Shown here: positions 54,200 to 64,000 of the stretch, in pieces
Layout: each line of letters begins with the position of its first letter
How positions within the stretch are numbered: position 1 is the first letter of the stretch
Assembly: GCA_000091205.1 (NCBI GenBank)
Contig: AP006493.2
Direction: 5' to 3' (one strand)
From: Cyanidioschyzon merolae
Lineage: Eukaryota
Length of the DNA: 64,000 nucleotides
Made by a program: the position numbers and the translations under genes
Notes under the pieces: model-generated
The model's database searches: none
What the model was told of the DNA's origin: nothing
Seen by the model: the letters and a program-made list of their open reading frames with translations, nothing else

Positions 54200-56125
54200 C
54201 TACGGACTGCGCAACTGGTGCCGAGTAGATGGTGCTGCAGCTGACCCAGGCGTGTTCGTCACAGGAAGACGAGGCGTATGCGTGGGGGAATCGGTCAGTA
54301 GTACGGCCGTTGGATTCTCGCGCGACAACTCGGAGAAGAACGCGGCAAGTTCAGAGTCGTCAGGGGCAGCGTTGAGACTGCGGCTGCGAGCCCGTTCGCG
54401 CTCCGCTATGAGTGCCCCTTGACGGGCCCAGAGAAGCACCAGATGCGCATATGTTGCGTTCAAGCCAATAAGATAGAACGGGAGACAGGCTAAAAGGCCG
54501 AATATCTTGGCGAAGAAGGAGCTCCAAGGAATGTGCCAGGCAATGCCAAAAACAATGGGCGGAGCACTCGCATCTGCGAGTGCGTAACAGAGCAACCGGA
54601 AAAGCACACCACCACGTGCGTGCTTCCCATCCGAGAGTCGATGCCTTCGCATACACATCGTTCCGAAACATATCATCCAGAAGAATGTAAAAAGCACTTT
54701 GAAGTGAATATAGATCGCGACCGCCAAGTACGGAGTCGCCAACATGGGGATGCAAAGTGCTGCCGCCAACGTAGTGCACAACCATCCGGTCATGCCTACG
54801 ATCACCATCACGTAGAGGTACAGACGATCATCAAGCCCGAAAAAATACCGCATAACTCGAGTTTGTGCAAACCAATTCCCCAGCCAGAGAAACGGAGCTC
54901 GGCGGCGACGGTTTGGTGGAGCGAAACCCAGTGGATTCGACATCGACCACCAGAGCACGTACATTCCCAGATAGACACCCAGAAACCGCAAAGCAACCCA
55001 CTTCCAGTTAAGGCTGTAGTCCGGGGGATACGGATCCGACAGCTGAGATCGCATCGCGTGCCAGGCCCAGGAAAGGTCCATGACTGGGTACGTCCACCAT
55101 TGCCACGGTTTGAAGAGCGGTACACCCATGAATTCCATGATACGAAGACCACCACAGCGAGCTGGAACCTCCCACTGTAGCCGTGGATAGTACACAATAT
55201 GGTCCAAATGGTATCCAAAGGGCAATCGACGCAAGGGACCCCCGCGATGCGCATCGTCTGGCCCGAAACCTGGCGCGTAGAACAGCTCCGAGAAGTAGAC
55301 GTTGAGGAAGCCCTGGTCGCCTCCATCGTAGGATTCTGTAACGGCCAGTTTTTCGAGCATACTCTGGAAAAGAGCCTGTGATGGCCGTATAACCATAACT
55401 CCCGAATTAAAATGACAGGGATTGATAAATGCAGCGCAAAAGTCGCCACACTCGAACATGTCTTGAACATCACCTAACACCAATGTATCCGCGTCAACGT
55501 ATACGACTTTTTCGAACTGTTCAAGAGCGAAAACTTGCAGTTTTGCGAGTACATCATCAAAGCGATGATTGTAGTGTTCGCCCCCCGTGTACGGGTTCCG
55601 TACTCGACGAACCTCCAAGGTGTAAACTCCGTCACGGTGAAGCTGAGCGCGTGCTTTCGCGGAAACGTCAGCAGTCACCATGGACAGGAGGATAGCTTGT
55701 GGTTGCTGCAGGTCGTGCCCAGCTCGCGCCGCGCTCGCCGCTTCCAGCGTTCGTTCGTCAAGCTCGCCCGCCGTGCCACCAGCTGGCTCGAAGAGCACAC
55801 CTCTCTGCTGGTGAACGCGCAGCGAATGGAACATAACACGCGCCGGGAGTACGTACGTGTCACCATATAGAAAAGTAACGTACGCCAGGGGGCGCGGACG
55901 CACCACATTCGCTTGTTTCCCCCCGGGTAGCTCCTGCGTTCGTACGTGCTCGCCTCCAGCGAGCGTCTGATTTTCCGTGCTGGGAAGACTGGCACCCGCT
56001 GCACGTCTAAAAGCCGGCCAACCAGGCGGGTTTTCCAGTGACGATGATCTCAACGATGTCTGCGATGCATCCAGAAATACATATGCGCTGATGACGATAA
56101 TGAGTGCAAAAAACTTGAGCCTCAT
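54200..56125 (-). CDS. GT8 glycosyltransferase of the PGSIP6/IPUT1 type (inositol phosphorylceramide glucuronosyltransferase-like) with a C-terminal multi-TM domain
   Basis: YVTFLYGDTYVLPARVMFHSL. VYVDADTLVLGDVQDMFECGDFCAAFINPCHFNSGVMVIRPSQALFQSMLEKL. DQGFLNVYFSEL (DxD and GT8 signatures, very close to plant IPUT1 GRFCAVFINPCIFHTGLFVLQPS / DQGFLVSYFS). Downstream W/F-rich hydrophobic helices. N-terminal signal anchor. Ends in TAG. Confidence 0.85.
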   Translation of the reverse strand: MRLKFFALIIVISAYVFLDASQTSLRSSSLENPPGWPAFRRAAGASLPSTENQTLAGGEHVRTQELPGGKQANVVRPRPLAYVTFLYGDTYVLPARVMFHSLRVHQQRGVLFEPAGGTAGELDERTLEAASAARAGHDLQQPQAILLSMVTADVSAKARAQLHRDGVYTLEVRRVRNPYTGGEHYNHRFDDVLAKLQVFALEQFEKVVYVDADTLVLGDVQDMFECGDFCAAFINPCHFNSGVMVIRPSQALFQSMLEKLAVTESYDGGDQGFLNVYFSELFYAPGFGPDDAHRGGPLRRLPFGYHLDHIVYYPRLQWEVPARCGGLRIMEFMGVPLFKPWQWWTYPVMDLSWAWHAMRSQLSDPYPPDYSLNWKWVALRFLGVYLGMYVLWWSMSNPLGFAPPNRRRRAPFLWLGNWFAQTRVMRYFFGLDDRLYLYVMVIVGMTGWLCTTLAAALCIPMLATPYLAVAIYIHFKVLFTFFWMICFGTMCMRRHRLSDGKHARGGVLFRLLCYALADASAPPIVFGIAWHIPWSSFFAKIFGLLACLPFYLIGLNATYAHLVLLWARQGALIAERERARSRSLNAAPDDSELAAFFSELSRENPTAVLLTDSPTHTPRLPVTNTPGSAAAPSTRHQLRSP

Positions 56126-56576
56126 CGCACGGCTTGCGTACTGGGGTGCTCACACGCGCCGGTGGCATTCACACACGCTCAGACAGACAGCGGCGCATGG
56201 CGTAGACGGCTGCATCTGCAGCAGGGCGCGTTGGATGGCGCGCTGCTGGTGCGCCACAGGGTGTCGATAGCGAGGCATCCAAGGATGTTTCCCTAGACGC
56301 TGTCATATCGGATCATGGAAAGCTATTATCGTTCACCAATGACAGATGATAATCAATCCTAGTGTGGATTCAGGGCGCTGCAGTTTTCCTGGATGCCTAT
56401 TTCATACCGTACCAGTATCCCGCTCCAGGACGCAATCGAAATGCCGCACCTCCGGATCGCTAGGATTCTTCTCACTGAAAGTCTGCAACGTTTCAATAAG
56501 AGGCGCATACAGTGTACGACACGATTTACCTGAATGATCGCGCGACACATAAAGCCACTGGACGCTCCGAAATCAT

Positions 56577-57040
56577 GAGATCGTTCCCAGAGATCTCGAA
56601 TGGGGGTTTTCCAACGCTCGATAGACACAGTACATGCATGTGTTCTTATTGAAGAAATGTAAGCACGAGATCGTTCCCAGAGATCTGGAATGGGAGCTTT
56701 CCAACGCTCGATAGACACAGTACATGCATGTGTTCTTATTGAAGAAATGTAAGCACGAGATCGTTCCCAGAGATCTCGAATGGGGGTTTTCCAACGCTCG
56801 ATAGACACAGTACATGCATGTGTTCTTATTGAAGAAATGTAAGCACGAGATCGTTCCCAGAGATCTGGAATGGGGGTTTTTCCAACGCTCGATAGACACA
56901 GTACATGCATGTGTTCTTATTGAAGAAATGTAAGCACGAGATCGTTCCCAGAGATCTGGAATGGGGTTTTTCCAACGCTCGATAGACACAGTACATGCAT
57001 GTAAGCGCTCTTATTGAAGAAATGTAAGCATAGCGAGCTT
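56577..57040. repeat. Satellite-like tandem array, about 5 copies of a 90-91 bp unit
   Basis: The unit GAGATCGTTCCCAGAGATCT[C/G]GAATGGG[G/A]G[T/C]TTTCCAACGCTCGATAGACACAGTACATGCATGTGTTCTTATTGAAGAAATGTAAGCAC begins at 56577, 56667, 56757, 56847 and 56938. The last copy is degenerate. Confidence 0.9.
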
Positions 57041-58117
57041 CTCAGCTTTGATTACTTCGTGATCTGCCGTTTGCGCGGCTGACAGTGCACCATCTCGCGC
57101 ATGCAGCTCTGTTTCGCACCGTTCTTGTCTGTCGGTTTTTCAGCATGCACCCGCACTCGTAGCGCATGTACGTCGTGCTGAACGCACCGACAGGAAGCGT
57201 GCGGCATAGGCACCTGAGCTTATTGGACACTCCCGTCGAAGCATGAGCAGGTCCGCGTCCTTTGCGCGCTTCTGAACGTCCAGCGTCATAGGCTGCCGCC
57301 AGGAAACGATTGGACCTGCCGGGGATTTTCGCTTGGAATTCACCGATAATGCCGGTGAATGCGAGTTTCCCGCCTCTGTAGAAGCGACACCGTTTGCGAC
57401 CTCAGCGTAGTACCAAGGACGCCCACCAAAGACCCTCCACACGATGCATTTGGTCGCTCATGGACGCTCGGAATAAATTATAGGAAGCATAACCCTCGGC
57501 TCCATACGGTGCCTGGAGCGTCGACTTGGGTCCTGATGCCGCCACCGCTCCCCTTGCTGTTCGTATGCCTTCTAGCGCCCATCACGTCCGACTGCCGCTC
57601 ATACCGAGCGATTGAAGAGGTTGAACAGGTTCATCCGCTTTCCGTTCAGGTTGTGACCTCCGCCATCTTTCAATAGATAATCGGTGGCGGTGATGATTTC
57701 CCCCCAGCGGGGATCGACGCACGGCACGTGACCTTTCCCTTCATGTGCCCGGATCCGTTGGATATGCGTTTCGTGGCTCGACGCAGGTTTCGGATTCACA
57801 AGCGTCACAAAGACCGTCGAGCTTGGTATCCCGTCGGTCGCCGTCGTCCCTGGAAACGAGAAATCTTGAACGAGCGCCGCCAGTGCTCTTCGTGTGGCTG
57901 CTCGGACGCTTCAGGCTTACTCGCAGAGAGCAGCGGCACCGCACAGAGGAGGCCATCCAGTACACAAGTGTCTACTGACGCGCGATTCACCTTGATCTGG
58001 CATACCGAGACCACGTCGAATAGACGCGTGACGTGCACCGGACGGTCGGATCCCGAGATGGGGGCTGCTCAGCTCTGGAAGCACCTGTCCAGAGAAACGT
58101 GGTAGCACAGGAGCCAA

Positions 58118-58121
<4 letters not shown>

Positions 58122-58182
<61 letters not shown>
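58122..58182. repeat. (CAGG)n microsatellite (about 15 units), the reverse complement of the (CCTG)n at 31199
   Basis: aggcaggcaggcagg... for about 60 bp. Confidence 0.9.
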
Positions 58183-60999
58183 TGCGCTTCAGCCACTTTT
58201 CGGATACGATATCTGCAGGTGCGACGCCGAGCACTAAACGATATCGTCGGGCGATCTGGGGCGATTCTGGCTCTCGTTGCTGCATTTTTTTTCGAAGTCG
58301 ATACCAGTTGGAGCTCTTGCGTATCCAGCTCGTCATTTGCCTCCATCGATATCCAAGAATCCCGTCAACCTATCTCCCCTGTTCTGGACCACTGAGGTGA
58401 GGCTGCGACATGCAGAGGGCGCGCTGCATGGGGCGCTCGACATTGGCCGGCATGTGGTTTTTGAGGTTGGCCCCAGACATGCCGGCACCTGCGCTGCGGA
58501 CGTTCTCATTACAGACGCCGGCCTACGAAGCGTCACGGCATGCTGGGTGGCGTGTTCTCAAACCCTGGATGCCACGACCAGGCCGTATTGCATCTTGTTT
58601 TCTGGCCATCTGTTGTCGCACGAACGTTTCATCGAAAGGTTATGAGAGGAATGTAGACAACTGGCGGCCGTGCGTCCAGCCCTCCGATGAGCAGATGCTT
58701 GACGAGGCGCGTCTGGGCGAGCGCAGCTGGGCGAGCCTTCGTTGAGTACGAAGCTGCGCGATCCTGAATGGCGTCTCGCATCTCACGGCTTGACAGATTC
58801 TCGCGGGTGGTGCATTTCTTGGGGAAGCGGTGGCATCGCTTTGAGACAGATCTTGTCGCTCCGACATCTGTTCCTCCCCGTCGCTCCTTACCCTATTCTC
58901 GGAAGGCTCTTTCTCTGGTTCGCCCGGTGGTCGCTTTTCTTTCTCTAGTTCCTGGCAGGCGCCCTGCATTCCATCTCTATCGAGCATATCTGTATGTCGT
59001 TCTCCCAGTGGAGACTCAGGCGCACTGGGTGGAAGGTTGCACTGAAACTCGCCCTTTCTATGTATGTATCGACTACTCCTCAAGCACCTCTCCATCGTCG
59101 TATCCGCCGAGAGCTCGCCCACGGACGGAAGCGCGCCTCTCAGCTCCCGTCCGGGCACGAGCAGCGCGGCGACGCATCAGCTCATGGCTTGCAAAGGTGG
59201 AGAATGGCTTCTCCAAGAACGGTGTCACAGATGCGGACGGCTCGTCGAATGAGTCGTGAGCATCCATCCATGGTTCGACAAACTGAGCAGGCTCCTTCAG
59301 CTGGACGGAACCAGGACGAATAGGCTCACGCAAACATCAGCTCAATGCCAAGCTCAGCTGCACAATCCGTGGCCGCTCTTGCGTGACAGAGGGCGACCTT
59401 GTCCAAGAGCGTATCAGAAGAATGTGGAAAGGAGAAGCCGAAAAGCGCTTCGACGCATCGTGAGGAGTTGAGTGATCACGGCTCTTTTGCTATTTGGTGT
59501 TGGCGACACCGAAGCCTCGCACCCAGGCCAGCTGGTGCCGTCCTGCTCGCTAATCTCCTTTGTAGGAATAGCGATTTGTCCCTCTTTGAGTAGGCATTCA
59601 CAGGTGTACCATCCCTCCAGATTCGAGTCTCAGCGATTGAGACGAACACCTCACGCTCCGGTAACAAACGTCCACGCGTCCATACGAGATCAATAGAGTG
59701 TTGTTTATTGCACGACAGTCTTCACGACGAGCGTTTTTCTCCTGTGTCTATCAGCGTGTCTTCATCAGCATTCGTATGAACCACACGGAAGCCTCACATC
59801 CTATGGCTTCCTTCGCCGTGTTCCTAGTAGAATGCATGGAATTCAATGGATTATCCAGGACACAGTCGTCTTGGTGGCGTTCGGTGACTTCTGTTTCGGG
59901 TGCACGATGCTCAGGACAGAGACGAGAACAGGAGCGCTTCATCCACTTGCGTATTAAAAAGTATCCGACATGTACGAGAATGACGATTTTTCGCAAACTA
60001 GCAGTCACAGCACCAAGTGTGCACGAGATTCTACTCCAATGTACAAAATATATTCCTTTTATAGTATACCTGCGAGAAAGACAATCAAATACGAATCAGG
60101 CGCTCTGGCACTAGAATCTCAGACTTCGATACACTTTGTCACAGAATACTAGGAGAGATGCATGCGATGACGTTTCCCCACGCACACAGAGATTATCATT
60201 CGAAGCAAGTGCCAGATTAAAATTCGAGACTGGGGTGTCCACGCTGTCTTGCCATTCGATTTTTCCAGCCATTTTTCAGAGGCACAGCCTCGGCATTCGA
60301 GGTGCAACGATGACGGCATGGGAATTCATACGTAGAGTTAGAATTCTCAGTCGTTATTTAGGAGAAGCATCTTCTACGCTGCGTCATGGGAATTCGTCAC
60401 GACACCGGACTGTCTATCTTTCGCGAAGCCTTCGAACAAGTTTTCATAGCATGACCGATGCCATTATCCAGTTCGTACGTACAGGTCCCTACTATTCTTC
60501 TTACCTCACATGCAATATGGTCAAACCACGCATTACTCAAGTTTTCGATTTTTCTGTTCGACGGCTACTCGTGGGCGCAGCATTACACGCAGGGGCATCG
60601 CTGACGAAAGCGACTCGGCGTCGTCACTCGAAGACTTGCTCACAAGCTCATGCCACAATTCACGTTACGTCTCACGCAGAGTAATCGATGCCAGTCGGAA
60701 CACAAATCCTCCTCTCTATTTTGCCATTCGCTAAACGGGATTCGATCGCAGCATGGTGCCTCCGACTAGCTACGCTCTCAGAGGATCCCGTCTCTTCACT
60801 TTCCTCAGAGAAGCTTTGTAGAGTCTGACATGAGTCATTACGGCGATTATTTTTCGTGAATCGCGCGTCACTGCTTTGCACGAAGGGGTCATACGAGGTT
60901 AGAAATATCCCAACGTGTCCTCCTGCCTGAAGTTTACTTCCTGCATTTGTTTCATCATGGAAAAACATCGCATGCCACAAATCCTCCTTCAAATGCAGC

Positions 61000-61500
61000 A
61001 GCATGCGCTTCCATATGCAGCTGACGGCATACTCTCCGAGCGAATTGCCTAGAAAAAGCCAGTGATCGTGGGGTCCAGCACTGGGCGCGGAAGCAGAGCA
61101 GGGTATCGAGCGGAGCCGTCTGTACCGGTCAGCCGCACACCCCGAGCAGAGATGCATGTCTAAAAGAGCCACAGGGCGATCATCGTAGTGCCCGGTGCGC
61201 TGGGCGTTCGGGAACACCTGACCGCAACCAAGCTCCATCGTTACGAAAGGCGTATCGAGACAGGTTGCGAAAAAGATGATCATGGCAAGTGAAGCGTAGA
61301 CCACAATTTCCGCCCGTGCATGAACTGTGTCGACAGCTTCTGGAAGCTGCGTGATTGGGACTTGAACGCCGCCATCAACATCATTCGACTGCTGACAACG
61401 GATCTGGAGAGACCGGAGAGACCAACGTGTCTGAGGGCAGAGATACAAGAGATAGGGAAAGGAAGCAATGACAAAAAATGACTGATATGCGTAGTATTTA
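61000..61500 (+). repeat. ~0.5 kb dispersed repeat, copy B (pair with 53420-53960)
   Basis: See copy A. It overlaps minus-strand ORF 60672-61448, whose product shares a segment (VDTVHARAEIVVYASLAMIIFFATCLD vs ISFHAHAEDAIYALLAVSVCILYRFD) with ORF 53547-53891. Confidence 0.5.
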
Positions 61501-62096
61501 TTTCAGCAAAACGAGACCCACACTTTAGCTTGTATACCTGTGTTCGTCGACCTTTTCCATGAAACGCTGATGTACGTGTAAAGGGCCGCTCTAAAGGCGG
61601 GAAAGAACCAAGGGCGCAAAGCATCTCTTTGGAGTCGAGAGCGCCGAATCCACTCATACATGAAATGTTTGTATTCGAGGCTCGGAGCGACTCGGTCTAG
61701 TCGAACAGAAGAAACCGATGCGTTATAGGGAAACTTTTTGGAGTTACGTTTGATATTTCTTGTCAGAGAATACTTTGTGTTGATTGCCATACAAGTGCAT
61801 CGGGCTCTCAGCTGAACGTACGCGATCCAGCTGCCGAGCATCCAACGGAACAGACAACGCAGTTTGTCGACAGAAGCCACTATACGCCGGAATCGGGCGC
61901 AGCGGCTGTGTAATCAACCTTTTGAGACTCCGCTTGGGAAACCGAGTGTCCTCCGAAGTACGACGCGCTGCTACTTGCTTCTGGGGCCGCTTCAGGAAAA
62001 ACTGCCCCCTAGCTGACGGCGACGCGACCTGGGCTCCAAACTTCAGCGTTCCCTGGGAGCGTTTCGGCTAGACGATCCTCATTCGCCCACAAGCCC

Positions 62097-62339
62097 ATGG
62101 ATCTTCTGCCTGTGCTGCGATCCCAGGTTCACGTTCAAACGACCGACGGGCGCCTCCTAGCGGGCAAGCTGTTAGCGTTCGACGCTCATAGCAATTTATT
62201 ACTCAGCCACTGTACAGAACGTCGCGGGGAATCAGCGAAACGCTACTTGGGCATGGTGCTGGTGCGCGGGGAGCATGTGCTCGCAGTTATCACGCCCAGA
62301 ATCACGGAAACTGAACAGAAAACTGCCGCATCTGAATGA
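62097..62339 (+). CDS. Sm-like (LSm/Sm fold) small protein
   Basis: 80 aa. VHVQTTDGRLLAGKLLAFDAHSNLLLSHCTE...RYLGMVLVRGEHVLAV matches the Sm1/Sm2 motifs (h.V.L.dGR...G.L..FD.hMNLVL.d..E ... R.lG.v.iRG). Confidence 0.6.
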   Translation: MDLLPVLRSQVHVQTTDGRLLAGKLLAFDAHSNLLLSHCTERRGESAKRYLGMVLVRGEHVLAVITPRITETEQKTAASE

Positions 62340-63410
62340 ACGTAGTCATAGCATAGCCTCAGCGCGTTGATGTCTTCTCCGGTCGTATTGCTTTGAGGCA
62401 ACAGACCACCCGAACGGATTCCAAGCGCTTGGTATCTCGATGCGGACTTTGCATAGCACGGAGGACTTGTTAGGGGGCACGAATCGAGATTCAAAAAGGA
62501 ATAGCTGCTCAGAATCGTTAGGGCGTGAGCTGCCACGCAAACCAGCATGGTTAGAGACGTACTCTCTAGCGTCGATGCACACTCGCACGCAATCTACGAT
62601 GCGTACTCTCAAGTAGACCAGCTCTGAAACCGGTTGTATCGAGACTGAGGCATGAACAATACCAGGGCGGCCCTGAAAGTCGTCGTAGAGATGCCGACGG
62701 TTACGGGAAAGTCTCTGCGAGCGGTATGTCCGCCAGATTTTCCGCGGCTTCATCGTGGCTCGCAAGCCCTTGTGAACTACGACTGGCATGGTTTAGTTTT
62801 CGTTGCCCATGCACCACACAAATACTGCTTGGCCCCACATCCAGAAATCGGAGCAACACGGGTTCGAGCACTGCGTCTGAAGAGGGCATCATACAAGGCG
62901 GGTACAGCTTGCGCGGAGGCGAAACTGCCGCTGATCTCGGTTTGCTGTTCTTGGCGGCAACCAGTATATATAGCAACGCACTGGGCGACGTTCAATGCCT
63001 CATGCTATGCTGGGCATCCTTCTGGACCTGGAGTCGGCAAGTTCGTTCGGGATAGGCTTTTCTTTCATCAAAAACCACAGCAGTGACGCGAAAGAGAATG
63101 TTTACGAATGTACATGCGATATGACGAGTCTTCAACGAAGCGTTAGCGGTGTCCGCTGCACTAGTCGCGTCCAGGGCACAGCGATCGCGGACGTGGCAGC
63201 GGTGATCGTGTGGGCCTGCACCCCTTTTGCGAAAGATGCAAATTGGTCATGTTGATGTCGGTTCCCGGCACATCACTTACACGGCTCTACACGATCGCAC
63301 AGGAACTGCCGATTATTTTCTGCTGCTGCCTCATCAGACGAAGACACATCCCTGATCCTGCGGCGCCTGGCCTCATCGACGTTCGTGCTACAGGTGCACT
63401 GCGCAGAGGC

Positions 63411-64000
63411 CTAAAATCCCAAAGATTCCGGTGGCAACGCATTACCTGTACTCGATAGGGCGCTTACCAGATACAGAAACAGGGCGAGTCCGCCCAGCGC
63501 CAAAAACGGTATCCAGTCCTGCATACCGTTATCCATGAGTGCATCGTTCCAGTCGTCAACCATGTCTTCCTCATCAGGGAACGCCTGGGCCTCCTTGGAG
63601 CGGAACGCACTGCGCCTCCCGCTACTGCTACCAGCACGCCATCGAGTGCCCTGACTTGCTTTCCGGTAGGCTTCCTCCTCTTCAAAGCGAAGGAGCTGTT
63701 CAAGGTACGGGTCTCGATTCTGTGCAGTTTCCCGATCCTCCGCTCCGCGTCGGCGACCACGCGGCCCGTCGTACTCGTTCGGCATTGCAGGAATGCCGCT
63801 AATAAGCGGACGGTCGCTACGGACACCACCGTGCTTGTCGCGAACGCGAACCCGCAGCGACTCGTCCGCAAGCACGCCCGTGGGTAGCGGCACGCTCTGC
63901 CCGATGAACACGCGCACCAGACGGTGCCACCAGTCGTCACCGTTGGCCACGCTTGCGGGTTCATATTCATCAAATGCGTCTGCCTCGCCCTCTTCATCAA
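63411..64000 (-). CDS. Hypothetical acidic/charged protein with a C-terminal transmembrane tail anchor; the 5' end runs off the window
   Basis: The frame is open from the window edge (...DEEGEADAFDEYEPASVANGDDWWHRL...) to ...DWIPFLALGGLALFLYLVSALSSTGNALPPESLGF. A single C-terminal hydrophobic helix. Confidence 0.4.
   Translation of the reverse strand, partial: DEEGEADAFDEYEPASVANGDDWWHRLVRVFIGQSVPLPTGVLADESLRVRVRDKHGGVRSDRPLISGIPAMPNEYDGPRGRRRGAEDRETAQNRDPYLEQLLRFEEEEAYRKASQGTRWRAGSSSGRRSAFRSKEAQAFPDEEDMVDDWNDALMDNGMQDWIPFLALGGLALFLYLVSALSSTGNALPPESLGF

Noticed and set aside
56359-56989. ORFs 56359-56910 and 56573-56989 (183 and 138 aa) with internally repeated peptide sequence
   Set aside because: They are read straight through the 90-bp satellite. 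The periodic protein sequence is an artefact of the tandem DNA repeat.
9514-57040. CRISPR array
   Set aside because: The tandem repeats have no unique spacers of regular size, the repeats are 75-110 bp, and the context is eukaryotic. There is no cas-like gene; the RuvC-like ORFs belong to the TnpB/Fanzor class.
57917-58346. ORFs encoding ACLPACLPACLP / GRQAGRQAGRQ and ORF 31157-31339
   Set aside because: These are translations of the (CAGG)n and (CCTG)n microsatellites in different frames, not genes.
63464-64000. ORF 63464-64000(-) 178 aa
   Set aside because: It overlaps 63411-63950 in another frame and lacks features. The frame with the acidic region and the C-terminal TM helix is preferred.

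Overview
This is 64 kb of GC-rich (about 58-60%) eukaryotic nuclear DNA. It is gene-dense on both strands, and almost all recognisable genes are single uninterrupted ORFs, so introns are rare. Recognisable genes include light-dependent protochlorophyllide reductase (carrying an in-frame TAG), a monofunctional plastid-type 3-dehydroquinate synthase, an IPUT1-like GT8 glycosyltransferase, an HKT/Trk K+ transporter, intronless tuberin (TSC2), L-lactate dehydrogenase, adenosine kinase, UFD1, a three-thioredoxin-domain PDI-like membrane protein, Yippee and an LSm protein. This gene set suggests an intron-poor unicellular alga or protist with a photosynthetic background, but that is an inference and I cannot name the species. 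TAG, TGA and TAA all act as ordinary stop codons at the expected ends of the conserved genes. The main accessory content is a ~3.1 kb element present as two diverged direct copies (about 9825-12890 and 15598-18685) flanking the LDH gene. Each copy carries a TnpB/Fanzor-like RuvC nuclease reading frame with an N-terminal basic (NLS-like) stretch, a zinc-finger-like CxxC...HHxxxC...C segment, a RuvC-III-like R[D/V]FNAAI[K/N] motif, and a conserved ~120-160 bp tail beyond the stop that is a candidate omega-RNA scaffold. Both copies carry in-frame stops or frameshifts and substitutions at expected catalytic positions, so they look degenerate or domesticated. Other notable features are a secreted Kelch-propeller protein fused to a Hedgehog-type Hint (Hog) autoprocessing domain, a neighbouring trefoil-domain Cys-rich gene with a Kelch exon, premature in-frame TAG codons in two adjacent genes, several promoter-proximal tandem repeats, a 90 bp satellite, CCTG/CAGG and CAG microsatellites, and a ~0.5 kb dispersed repeat pair.
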